64,000 bases of DNA from Octopus sinensis (taxonomy: Eukaryota), in the NCBI RefSeq assembly GCF_006345805.1, contig NC_043008.1, positions 65,844,001-65,908,000 on the forward strand. The letters are read 5' to 3'. A program made the position numbers and the translations under genes. The notes beneath the pieces are model-generated. The model had not been told where the DNA came from, did not search any database, and worked only from the letters and a program-made list of their open reading frames with translations. Positions 38,088 through 50,504 of the stretch are shown here, piece after piece (the stretch's first letter is position 1; every line of letters begins with the position of its first letter).

Positions 38088-38771
38088 CAAAAATAATCTT
38101 TGAATGCCACTAAGAAAAAACAAAAAAATTAGGAAGATGCTATGAAATCTCAGTGGCATTGGTAAACCACAAAAAAGGGTAAGATGCGAATCTGTCACTC
38201 GTGGTCGCTTCCGAGCTGATTTCGTTTCACCTAGCTCTGAAGTATATTGCGTTTTTTAACGCAATACGGCATTCAAGGGATCTTTTCCCAGACGATCACT
38301 GCAGCTGCTTGCTTTCACTGATATACATACGTTAAATAATTCATATAGATAAATATTTTAATTTTCTGTATTCTAACAATTGAATCTGAAATGAAGAATA
38401 CGTCTGGTTCAACTACTTTGATTGATGGAATAAGAGGAGATAGAAAATAAATGGAGGTTTAAACAAGAAACAATATGAACACGTTATATGGAAAGAGATG
38501 ATAGGGAATAACTTACCTATGTTATATATTGTTATATATTCATACTTTATTGGGTCAAAACAGAATTAATTCTCTAGATGTAGTTATTTTGCTATCAAAA
38601 CCAGAATAAATCAAAAGAATATCATTGAATTAATAGCCTAAATACTGACAGTTAATGGCGTAATTAGAGGTTCATATTTACATAATACATATATGTGTGT
38701 GTGTCTATATATACATATATGTATATATAAACATACATAGACGCAAGCATATATATGTATGCATATATGTA

Positions 38772-38826
<55 letters not shown>

Positions 38827-39049
38827 AAACATATATACATACATTAGTCTTCAATATTATCAACTGGCTTAACAGCTCCATCGAGGTAGGGGCGAACTGG
38901 TTGAAGAATGAGCCGTTTCGGTTATTTACCTTGCTTTTGTTGTGGATTCTGCTTATGCTTTTGATAATAGTATCAAACACCAATTTCTACTGTTAAGTCA
39001 ATGTATGAAATGGCGTTATCGGGTATATCTTAATATCATAGGTATTTTG

Positions 39050-40330
39050 GCTATAAGGGAGCCAAGATTTGTCATCTTCATCGTGCTTGCTCTTTTATCA
39101 CTAATGTGAACTTCAGCCATTATTCTTCAGCTAATAGTACGTGATATCCTAAGTTACCTGTTGTACCATCTACCCAAATTCTGATGTCATCCTCCGTGAC
39201 ATCTGTTTCGCCCTCCCTCTGAATTATAAAATGGAAGTCCTTTTTCTCAACGCTTTCAAAATCATATTCTATCTCTTCATTGAACTTGAAGCTTTTAATA
39301 AAATATTATTCTGCTGGAAGTCTTCAAAGGTTTCCATGAAACTTTTCAGTTTTGTGGCTGTAGTTTTTGATGCTACTTTTTGTTTTGCCCTTGTGTGTCT
39401 CACAACGAGAATTTCATTTAAATTTCCTCCTCGATATAATCTCTTGCAAGCCACAATGACACTTTGATGGATTAGCTTGATCGAGGATTTAAAATTACGT
39501 AGCAAAACCATGCACATCATGAGTGAGCAGATACAATGTGTCATGACTTACATAGCTCCATCTTATCAAAAGTTTGGAGCCGTCATGATATTTGTGGGCT
39601 GCAGAAATATAATACGTACGAGAAGACATCAGTTATTAAAGGTGAGCATGTTCAACTGCGATTCTTTAGAACAGTGATAAATTACTGACAGCCAGTGCGT
39701 TTTGTATTTCAAAAGACATGGACATGCTGATCTTCACCCACCACTAACCTTAAATAGTTTCTTATTATTTGTGTTCGCGATAAAACGTTCCTTATTTAAT
39801 TAATGAACAAGTGCTAAGATTTCAGTTTTAAAAGCTTGAGAATTCGGGAGTAATAAACAACAATGCTACGCAATTATATCTCTGTAATATATTTGGTGAA
39901 TTGAAAGTCCTTCACATATTATTAAGTCATATAAGAACTTCCCGGCTTCTTCGTTTGATATGTTGACTGCTTCAGCGTGGATGAATTTAATGGTCACTGT
40001 ATGGTGATTTGTAAATGCTTGTAACCCCTCGTCACTATCTTCGAAATTAGTAATTTAAATATCGTTAGGTAAGCAGTAGCACTTCTGATGTATGTATCAC
40101 GGACGCTGTACCAACAAAATCGTTCATGGATAAGCTACTTCGTCAATGTTCCTTCGAGATTTCCATCATTTGCAACACTAATATGTTTCCGTGCACCAGT
40201 AGATGAAGATGAAACAATATACATCGTAGTATATTTCAAAGAAACTGCAGTGACATTTTCTTTAGCTTTGCATCCGGCCAAAACTGTTTGCATCTAACAG
40301 CTTAGTTTTTACAATTCTTGCCACCGAAGT
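39050..40330 (-). mobile_element. Highly decayed pogo/Tigger (CENP-B-like) DNA transposon
   Basis: Minus-strand fragments in the expected order: NDGNLEGTLTK*LIHER and NFEDSDEGLQAFTNHHTV (CENP-B-type HTH), PCLLKYKTHWLSVIYHCSKES (DDE_1-like region), GGETDVTEDDIRIWVDG (acidic C-terminus); many stops and frameshifts. Confidence 0.5.
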
Positions 40331-41437
40331 AACAGGCTAAAATATTCTGATAAATTCCAGTTGTTTCTGGCTCACAGACAGGGTCACAGTGTTCTCCTTT
40401 ATATTATTTCTTTCCTTTTAAATCATGATGTAAACTACGACGCTGAAAGATGCTTAATCAATGAAATGATAAAGAAAATTTTAAGACAACACAGTTTATG
40501 CTGTGATGCGTATGGTGGAGTGCAAGCTAAACTAAGCTAATGTAATGAAACCACAAATCTGGTGTAAACATTACTCAAAATTATACATACAAACTTTAAG
40601 CTATTTCGTCCGAACATAATATTTATTTCTAAGTATGTGTTATTAGATTTGAAAACAAATTACGATCAGATTATATCATGATACTCCAAGAACCGAATTG
40701 TTACAAAGGAAATCAGTTTAGGCAATAAATTTTTCAATGTATTTATGCAAACAACTTTTATTCAAGAAAACATGATGTTTATTAGAGCGAAGGGTGAAAG
40801 CGAATAAAAGAAAGAATAAGTACTCTACAAGTAAAAGAGTTAATATAAAGAGAATGAAGCGAAGAGTAAGCATATATAAATAGTAGGCAAATTAAGACGT
40901 TAGCTAATTGGAGAGAAAGCGGAGTGCAAGAAATACCGATTGTATTTCTTTAAATAGGTGTAAAAACTAATAAAAGAAAAGAGTATGTTCTGATGAAATA
41001 CGCAAGCATTCAGTCTTTCTTCACCACACTCTCTTATTGCCCCACCCTCCGTCTAATACATATCATGAAGGAACTGGTTTTATTATGGGAGATTACTGAG
41101 AAGTTATGAGACCATAACGGCACGTGATTATAATACTGAGTGGCGTTAATGTTGTTGATGAATTTGCCAGCTTCGTTGGGTGGTTACTCAAAATATATGG
41201 CCCTGCAATACAGAAAGTCAAAGATGGATGTGGGAGTCAAGACTGGCAATCGGTCTTTTATCGCAGGTTTTGCCATAAAATTCAATATCCGGCTTAACAA
41301 GAGAGAATGTAAGGAAGGCTCACTAAATACACACTTTTACATGCATACGTACATACATACATACACACATGCAGACACACATACATACATATATACATAC
41401 ATACATTCATAGATACATAGATACATACATACATACA

Positions 41438-41511
<74 letters not shown>

Positions 41512-41656
41512 ATATATATATAGTAAATCCCAAAATAGGCCCCGGCCTTCTGACTTTGGAGTATCTAATTCGCGGAATTTTCTACCATCGGATTACATTA
41601 CCTTGCTCATTCGGATTACGCCGTTTCAGCACCTTGATTTTGAATCATTATATATA

Positions 41657-41704
<48 letters not shown>

Positions 41705-41714
41705 TATATCGGTT

Positions 41715-41890
41715 TCAGCTTTTGGCACAAGAACACCAATTCCGGGGGATAAGTTGATTACATCGACCCCAGTACTTAGCTGGTAATTATTTTATCGATC
41801 CCGAAATGATAAAAGGTAAAATTTGAACCCACAACGAAAAGACGTATGCAATTAATGCCGCCATTCATTTTGGCCGGTGAACTAAATGTT
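41715..41890 (-). mobile_element. SINE family B monomer, diverged
   Basis: gattacatcgaccccagtact..tttatcgatcccgaaa..aaatttgaaccc. Confidence 0.75.
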
Positions 41891-42029
41891 CTTCTAGGTC
41901 ACCGCCTCAAAGTAAACACAAATGTTGTGAAAATATACACCTGTCTATCTGCCCTGCGGCTACATTTCTGAAAGAATCGAAATGTTTACATTGAACGAAG
42001 AATTTAAAGCAAAGATAATAATGTAAATA

Positions 42030-42205
42030 CATTATTGTTATTCCATAGCAATTTGCAATCATTTCTGACCTAGAGAGATATTTAGATTCTTTCATGACCG
42101 ATACATTTTACTGTGTATCTTACAGCCACCATATTTCAACATCCACATTACTGATTTATCTATCACCATCGGACCTTCAAGTGGATTTTTTTTAGACGAG
42201 TGACA
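42030..42205 (+). repeat. Diverged direct repeat, copy 1 (copy 2 at about 44020-44215)
   Basis: Shared blocks ccgatacatttt, ccaccatatttcaa.at.cacatta, catcgga..ttc.agtgga.ttt. Confidence 0.7.
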
Positions 42206-42726
42206 AATAATAAATCAAACGTTATACTTGTATATATGTGTGTGAGAGAGAGATACGTGTGTGCATTTCTGCATATATGTATGTGCATATGTGTTTGTGT
42301 GTATGTGTCAGGTCGCTTGAATGCTTCTGGTACCATGTAGTCCAGTATAACCTGTTACATGGTCGGGTCGTCGGCGACTAAACTGGTAACGCCACCAGGC
42401 TTGCTTGGTGAGGCGGGTGATTGTTGGACAGCCTGCGGCACAAAATATAAGACCCATTATGTGTGTATGTGTGTGTGTTTGTGAGTGTGTGAGTTGTGTG
42501 TATTCTTGAGTCATGAATTTATAAATTTTTTAGGAAACCTGAAGAAATAAGTGGTTACAATTTAATGACTTGTACTAACTTTGTGTATTTTACTTAATTT
42601 TAAAGTATTTAATAATTTAAGTATTGTTTTAGTTTTCACTTATGTATATTTAGTATTTTCATTTATATATATATATATATTAAAGTATATTTATTAATTA
42701 ATTATTTTATTGTTCTAGTTTATTTT

Positions 42727-42815
42727 TAACCTGATGAGTGGCTATATTTATATCGAAGTGATTTCTCTACTACTATAATCATTTCTTAAATATAGACACG
42801 AAATACGTGTCGTTA
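42727..42815 (+). ncRNA. Type I hammerhead ribozyme with extended stem II
   Basis: TAAC(42727-30)-CTGATGA-GTG..CTATATTT..GAAGTGATT/AATCATTTC..AAATATAG..CAC-GAAA(42800-03)-T(ACGT)G-TC-GTTA(42812-15); intact core, G10.1-C11.1 pair, GUC triplet, palindromic loop III; in an AT-rich PLE-terminus-like context. Confidence 0.85.
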
Positions 42816-43250
42816 TTCTACCAATTATATACGTTTTTATTATTATTTTTTTGCAATTTACTTAATCATTTACATTTTATTGTTATTTTGAATTTAATAT
42901 TTCTATTATATGTACTTTTCTAGATGTGTAATTTAATTGTTCATTTTGAAATGATAAAAGGAGGTTTTTTCTAATTTTTTATATATATATTATATTGTGT
43001 GAAATTTTATTTTGTATTTCTAAATTGAATTTTTTTCCTTGTAAGTTTGGATTTTATTCCCTCAAATAATAATTATATATATAAACTTATTCCGAAATAC
43101 TTTTTATTACCCGACATGCAGTTCGTAAAAAGCCCGCCATTTACCGGATATATGATTTATAAACATTCCATGTGCTTGGCCGGAGTGAGCAGTTGTCTGT
43201 TCGTCTTCGCTACGTAAGGTTGGTAGTTTATTTATGATGTGTTCAGAATC

Positions 43251-43308
43251 AGTTCTGCTGATGATCATAAGACGTAAGTTGAATGTGAAATCACGGTGAT
43301 ACAGAACT
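43251..43308 (+). ncRNA. Second, sequence-unrelated type I hammerhead ribozyme
   Basis: AGTTCTG(43251-57)-CTGATGA-T-CAT-aa-GAC(GTAA)GTT-ga-ATG-T-GAAA(43287-90)-TCA(CGG)TGA-T-A-CAGAACT(43302-08): perfect 7-bp stem I, 4-bp stem III, GNRA-capped stem II, AUA triplet; U.U instead of G-C at 10.1/11.1. Confidence 0.75.
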
Positions 43309-43440
43309 AAATTCATTTTTTAAATGTCTTGCTTTGAAAAACTGCATTTAGGTATGATTAGTATAATTTTGGTAGTAATGACTTTGTCCCTCTTAGTGTG
43401 AGGCATTTATGTGTAATAATGCCCTCTATACAATATATGT

Positions 43441-43504
<64 letters not shown>

Positions 43505-43541
43505 TATATATATGTATGTATGTATGTGTGTGTATGTATAT

Positions 43542-43609
<68 letters not shown>

Positions 43610-43870
43610 TGCATTTCTATCAAAACATATGTCATTTATATATATATATATATATTTACATATATGTACGTGTATTTATGCAGTATATATACGCAGATAC
43701 ATATGTGTATATTTCTGCATAAATATGTGTGTATGTATATATGTATACGTGTAAATACAGATAGATAGACAGACAGATAGGCAAACAGACAGACTGACAG
43801 ACAGATAGATAGATATACAGACAGACAGACAAGCAGGCAGGCAGGCAGACAGACAGACAGACAGACAGAC

Positions 43871-43959
<89 letters not shown>

Positions 43960-44329
43960 CCGTGCAAGTATTCGTCTTCCAATTTGGCCCACGGTTGCAT
44001 TTCAACAACTGTCCAAATATTTACATTGAGCGTATTGGTATTCCAGAATAATTAAGTCATTTCTAACTAGAGATATATCTATATGCATTTTATCTATATT
44101 GCCGATACATTTTTATCGTCTTTGCCAACCACCATATTTCAAGATTCACATTATTAATTTACCTTTCAGCATCGGAGGTTCCAGTGGAATTTCTTTACAG
44201 AAATGACATTAGATCAATTTTTATGCTTTTTTTTTTACAGGAAGAGCTTAATGTATTGGTGAACAGTCAACGTCTTAAGAGAGCATAAAGATTAAAGCTG
44301 TTAGCTGTCATGAAGGACTGGAAGCCATC

Positions 44330-44769
44330 TGAATATTGAAAAAAAAGTTACCTGCGCCATGATGATTTTGGCCGAGTATCAAAATGCCGACCTCATGAGT
44401 GCTACTCAATACTCTGTGAACACCGTAATGGTTGTAAGACATGTTATGGACAGCTACAATTTGGACTACAAAGCCAGGGCCAGCGGGAAGAGACTTTACA
44501 AGCGATCTGACTGCGTCTGCACGTCGGAGTTCGTCCACCACCAGCAGCACAAGCTAATGGAAGAGCAGGGCAAGGAAATCCGGGATTTGACGAAAGAGAT
44601 GAGCGTTGGAATTGCCACTGTAAAGCTGACCCTGAATGAGAACATTCGCTAACACATGTACAAATTTTGAGAGCCAAGACCAATGAGAACTGTTTGAAAA
44701 AGACAAAGACGCTCTTAAACAAGCTGAGGCATCCTGTTGCGCCGGGGATGATCTGGTTCTTCTGAGATT
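44330..44769 (+). mobile_element. maT/DD37D-type (Tc1-mariner superfamily) transposase, N-terminal half, decayed
   Basis: ORF 44359-44652 (HTH-like) followed in another frame by NCLKKTKTLLNKLRHPVAPGMIWFF, stopping at the first catalytic Asp region. Confidence 0.7.
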
Positions 44770-44776
44770 TTCCGGG

Positions 44777-44880
44777 TTAAATCCCACTGCGCGGTTTCTT
44801 TTACAATAGCCCTAGGCTGACCATTGCCTTGTGAGTGAATTTGGTAGACGCAAACTACGAGGAATGGTGTCGTGTATATA
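44777..44880 (+). mobile_element. SINE family A fragment at the transposon breakpoint
   Basis: tcccactgcgcgg..gccttgtgagtgaatttggtagacgcaaact. Confidence 0.75.
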
Positions 44881-44889
44881 TATATGTTG

Positions 44890-46275
44890 CAGTGAATAAA
44901 CTGTCGTCTAAATTACGCAAAAATGAGACAAAAATGAAAATGACATCTCATTTTAACAGATATATTTACCAAAATTACATTGAAATGTCTTGAAATACTT
45001 AAGAGTAAATTTATTTAATAAAATCGCCATTGGCTTCAACCATGGCCTCCACACGACTTCGGAATCTCCTGCAACTCTTCTGGTCAGTCTCCTTGCTTAA
45101 ATTGGTGAATGCTGCTATAATGCTTGCCTTCTGTTCATCTTTGGTGTTAGAAGGAGTTTTGTTGGTCTCTAGTTCAAATGTACCCCACACATAACAATCA
45201 AGAGGGTTGCAGTCTGGGGAGTTAGGTGGCCAAATGTTAGGGGTGGCGTGATCGCAGAAATTATCTGACAGCCACGACTGGGTTCTTCTGCTTGTGTGGT
45301 ATGGTGCAAAGTCTTGTTGCCAGACATAGGGTCTTCCAGCAGCCACTTTCTTGAGCCAGGGCAGCACTGCCTCCTCCAGACACTTCATGTAGGCCTCCGT
45401 GTTGAGCCTGAGGCCGTGTGGGAAGATGAATGGAGGTTTTGTTGGTATTTTGGTTTCTGTTTGTTGTCTTCATAGATATTCAGTAGTTTGATGATCTATC
45501 CATCGGATATGATATAATTAAGTTGAATAAATATGTTGTATGTGACATGCATGTATCTTTCAATTAAACTAATTTCTTTTACTACTTGTTGGTAGAATGA
45601 CAAGAATAGTCAACTACAATTTTGTGGAGAAGTGTAGAAAAGATCAATTTCAAAGATAGTTTCAGTCGATTCGCGTTTATTTTACTTATACATACAATTA
45701 AATGTAAATATGCAGGAGTAATTTCCCTTGCCAATAAAAACGGAGCTTGAGAAACATATAGTATAGCAGAAAGTTATTTCTTTTTTTCTATTTTATTTCC
45801 AAAAGTTATCTGTCACAAAGAAATGATAAGAATGATATTACTAAACTATTCCATTGAAACTAAACTAGATAAAACATTAGGTTCATGACTTAACGTCTTG
45901 TATCATTATAGCAAGAACGTTAAAATACAAGAGGTGTATGTGAGATTGAGTGACATAGCTTCCAGAAGGCACGCTATCCACTAATCAAGATCGGAAAATA
46001 TCCTGGCTTTTATAACTTTCCATGGAAGTTTCTAGAAGCGTTCGGAAATATCTTTTAGAATAATTCTGACTAAAACCTAGAATGACTTCGGCTGAAATCT
46101 TTTCAGCCAATGAGAGAACTTGTTTTAAATTGGTTTAAAACAAAGCCGCCAAAATAAACAGCTTTCGCTACAGAAACATAACGTCACCATCACTAGTGAT
46201 CACTCCAAACACCATGATGTTGACTGGATGTTTGATTTTTATCACTCTCGGTACATGTCCTTAGACTGACGCCCA
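44890..46275 (-). mobile_element. maT/DD37D-type transposase, middle and C-terminal part, inverted and interrupted by a 740-bp insertion (45437-46176)
   Basis: Minus: VPRVIKIKHPVNIMVFGVITSDGDVM | insertion | PPFIFPHGLRLNTEAYMKCLEEAVLPW..WQQDFAPYHTS..WPPNSPDCNPLDC..EANGDFIK*. Confidence 0.85.
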
Positions 46276-46550
46276 AACACTCTGAAATGTTCGTATTGGA
46301 TCTTCTGGTGCCAATACCAAGCAGTACAGCATGTCGTTTCCAAATTTCTGACAGAGTAAATCGCGTCATGGTCCTGTTTATCTCACAGACAGTGCTCGAC
46401 TAACCCGACTAAATTGTGTAGTCGACAAAATCCAAAACAAACAATGTGCAGGGTCTAAATTAATGGCGACAATTTACCCATCGCAGCCTTTACATATATA
46501 CATGCATGCATGCATGCATACATACATACATACATACATACATACATACA

Positions 46551-46581
<31 letters not shown>

Positions 46582-49022
46582 TAATACATACATACATATT
46601 AATGCATACATACATACATACATACATACATACATACATACATACAATGGACTTTTTCGCAGGTTTTCATCTTCCGAATTCTACTGATAAATGAAGGGTC
46701 AACTGAAGGCTATAGCCGAGCAGGGTTCCATAGAGTGGGATCCGGATTATGGTATGATTTGTCCCTCATCTATTTAACACCGCTGCATCAGAGTTATGCA
46801 CTTGCTCTGAGGAATCTGTGACACTTATGAGAGGATTAACTTTTGTGTGTGATTTTGTCCTGTCTGTTATATGATAAAATCAGCCATGTGCTAAATTGAT
46901 TCTAATTTATTGTGGTCTCTATCAAAAAGAAGAGAATGTAGTTTCAGACAGATCTGTTGCAGTTCGTGATAGATACATGTTACGTATTGATAAATCTGTT
47001 TTCTTAAGTGTTTTTACACTTGAATACATCATTTGGTTGACGTAAAATCAATTACTATTACTTCACTTTCTTTAATCAACCTCGCAGGTCTTCATCAAGT
47101 TTCGTGGAAACAAAGCAAAATGAATTACGTCGGAGTTGCAAATCAATGTTTGTCACTAGGTGTGAAGAAAATCTGACGATTGACCTGTGGTCAATTTGTT
47201 CAGTACTTTAACCTGCCCACAAGCCATCACACAACTTTAACAGACAATAATTTGCTGTTAATGTTAAGTATCACAGTACGATATTCACTCTGCATTAAGA
47301 CATGGTACAGTGTTTAAGTCCTGATATACTTCATTTTATATCTTGAAGTCTAAATCTAATCAAGTTGTTTTCCGCTACGATAAGCAGCTCAAATGTTTGA
47401 CTCATTGACATTTTCAATAGTTTATAAACCAAAATGTTCTCATATTTTCGCTGATGTTACGTCAACTATTCTGCTCTCTGTTACTCTCAGTTGCTTTCTG
47501 AATCACTGCGCTATTTTAATTGCGTTCTTTCTTTTAAGTACTTTGAAAAACTTAAACACGTGTATTAAAATGTCCAACTTTCAATGTATTTCATGCTAAA
47601 CCCGCTAACTTTCTATTAACAAATGTCCTTGCTCTAAATATTGATTTATACATGTCAGTTAAAGTGGTTTGACAGTTACAAATTTGTTATTGCTCTGCTA
47701 CATTGATCTAACGATATTCCGGATTATTCTCTGGACAAGGCTATTCCAAATTCAGTAAGAGTTCCTCATTACATCTCTGTGGGATGGAGTTAATGAGTTT
47801 TCAACTTGGCTGGTCACCAATATTTCCTAGGCTGTAATAAAAATGATACTTTCTGACGCTTAAGAATTTTCTTCCTAATTTTGTAAATGCATGCTTCATT
47901 TAATAAGAAAATGATTAATTGGCGATTTACCCTATAAAGTTACCTTTACCAAAATATACATTTTCTCTTCACTGTTTCTGGAATTCTGTATAAAGGAATT
48001 TTGCAGGAAATCAGACAACTTTGCCAATAAAGGCCTCGAGCATCTCTCTTTATTTAGCCATTATCTAGTGAAAAAGCTTGTTATCTTTTGTGATAAATGT
48101 TAGATATTAACACTTGAATTGCTTTCTCTTTGCAGATTTCATAGTGTCAGTGTCAGAGTCAAAGAGATACGCTCAATAATACGAAAAACTTAGATTTTTC
48201 TGGCCAATCTCTCTGCGTCTATCTAATTAATGAAAGCACAGCTGCCAAAAGAAATACTTTGACTTCAAGAAAAAGCCAAGCTTCTATCCTGATTAGTTTC
48301 AAATAGCTTCAAGTCTGTGAAGCACACAGTTACAAATGATAATTTCATTAAGGAGGACATGTCAGAGTTGAGTAAATTATATGTTGTGGTCACAAGATAT
48401 TATGGTTGAGAATATAAACGTGACAGCTCCCGCTTGTATCAGCAAAATGGATTCCTGTAAACTCACTTCATACGCGGAATTAGACAGGCTATTTGAATTT
48501 TACAACAGTTGATTTAGCAATGAACAGATCAAACCATTTCTTTGTGATTGAACTTAAACTGGAAAATATTTCTTCTATGACAACTGTGGAATTGAATTTG
48601 AAGTTGTTTTCTCTGTATCCTCACTCTCTCCTCTCTCTCCCTCTCTTTCTCTCTCCCACTCCCTCGCTCTTTTACTCTTTATTTCTTTGAAATATACCAG
48701 TGAGTAAATAATTTTACTGATGCCTTACAGAACTCTCATAACTGCACTGAAGATCAAAACTAATAGAATTTATTTATAATATATATGAACATCGAACCGA
48801 ACGTTCTTTTTATTTTGAATTCAATAAAGATCAACAAAATAAGTACCAATCTGAAATAAATACTGAGATCAGTCTGATCGTTTAGACCTTGAACATCATC
48901 ATAAGAAGGTAAACTTCAACATTGTTTTATTAAATAAATAGTTGAGTGTACATTGACAAATGTGAGTCAGTTATGTTGTCTTCATATCGTAGCTAGATGG
49001 AAACTAAGCTGTAACCCAGCAT

Positions 49023-49090
<68 letters not shown>

Positions 49091-49105
49091 GATGGATAGA
49101 TAAAT

Positions 49106-49169
<64 letters not shown>

Positions 49170-50316
49170 CAGACAGTCAAACGGACAGACAAACAGACAG
49201 ACGGACCGATAGGTTATTAGATGAACAGAGAGGTAGGTAGCTAGATAGATTGATAGATATATATATACACACCTTTTAACAGTAGAAAACGGTCAATACG
49301 ATACCAGTGGTTTCATGCAAATATCTCCTTTCCTTAGAATTTTTATAAAGGGCATAGAGTTGTAGTGATAGGTACTAAAGCTTGGATAATTGTACGCAGG
49401 ATTATAAGTAAAAAAAGAGAGTGACCTATTAATTAAATAATCAACTAATTAATTAGTTAGCTGTAATGATGTAGTAGTCCACACTATCAATTGTACCGTG
49501 GCTTTAGTAATTAAATAGAAAATTGGTTGCCTGAGTATTAAGTAATTACATAAATAGGTAATCAAAGCCATGAAGTAGCACACACAAGATAACTGCGCCT
49601 GTGGATTAGTAACCACAAAGAAAGTTCGTTAAATATATTAGTTGGTGTAGTTATGTAACGTCCAGTGGCTAACTGGATCGGTTGATTACTTACACTTACT
49701 TAATCCAATAGTATATTCATTACAAAATTATTTTATTTTCTCAGTACAAATGGATAGAGGGGGGGACCTTAGTATTCTAAGATTGCTATATGGCAGTGGG
49801 ATTGTAGGATTTGTAGAGTACTGGGAAATCTTTTGTGGCATTTCGTTAGATTTCTTTATGTTCTGACATCACATCTTGACCCGATCCATTTTTCATTGCT
49901 ATCTCCCAAAGTCGATAAAATAAGTGCTGAGATAAATGTAATGTGTTTGCTCTAGAAAGCACATCCCCGCTTCGACCACCATTAAGTGGTTGTTCCCCCG
50001 GAGCAGAACAAAATAATATCATGATACAGTTATTGCGGACAGTGTGGAAATAAAAACGGCTGTAGAAAAATTAGAGCCACACATAATTCACCGCAGAATA
50101 TATTCACAAATTAATGTGCAAACTCATCGGATACCAAAACCCAAAGTTACCGTATAAGATTACCAAAACATCATGGTTAGATCAATAGTTCAACTCTGGA
50201 ATATAGTTTTATGAAGTGTAGTCTCATATAAATGTTTCAAATATTTTTTAAAGACAAAACAATGTAAATTAGAAAAATTTAAAATATAGGTCGGTTGCTA
50301 GTACAATTACCTGGTA

Positions 50317-50355
50317 TTTTGATATTTCAGGATTAAGACCCCATCTTCAGAAAAT
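50317..50355 (-). ncRNA. Decayed minimal type I hammerhead motif
   Basis: Minus: ATTTT-CTGAAGA-T-GGG(gtcttaa)TCC-T-GAAA-TA-TC-AAAAT; 5-bp stem I and AUC triplet, weak stem II. Confidence 0.45.
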
Positions 50356-50504
50356 CTACGGAATAAAGACCTTCATAGCTGACTTCTCTGTGGTGTGTGT
50401 GAAAGTATAAAGGTCTTAGTAGGCAATCGGCTGCGTGATGCTCTGATCTGTTATATATTTATGGGATGTGCTTGTTGATTAAAATAACTTTTTATTCTCA
50501 TATA

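Noticed and set aside
41941-43307. Possible minus-strand exon chain (41941-41967, about 42357-42437, about 43144-43303)
   Set aside because: Splice sites are plausible singly, but the joined peptide resembles nothing recognised and the largest piece overlaps the plus-strand hammerhead, a better explanation
47300-48300. Possible decayed hAT transposase on the minus strand (RDWPEK, GNFIG)
   Set aside because: Only two short words, no TIRs or TSD found; too weak to call
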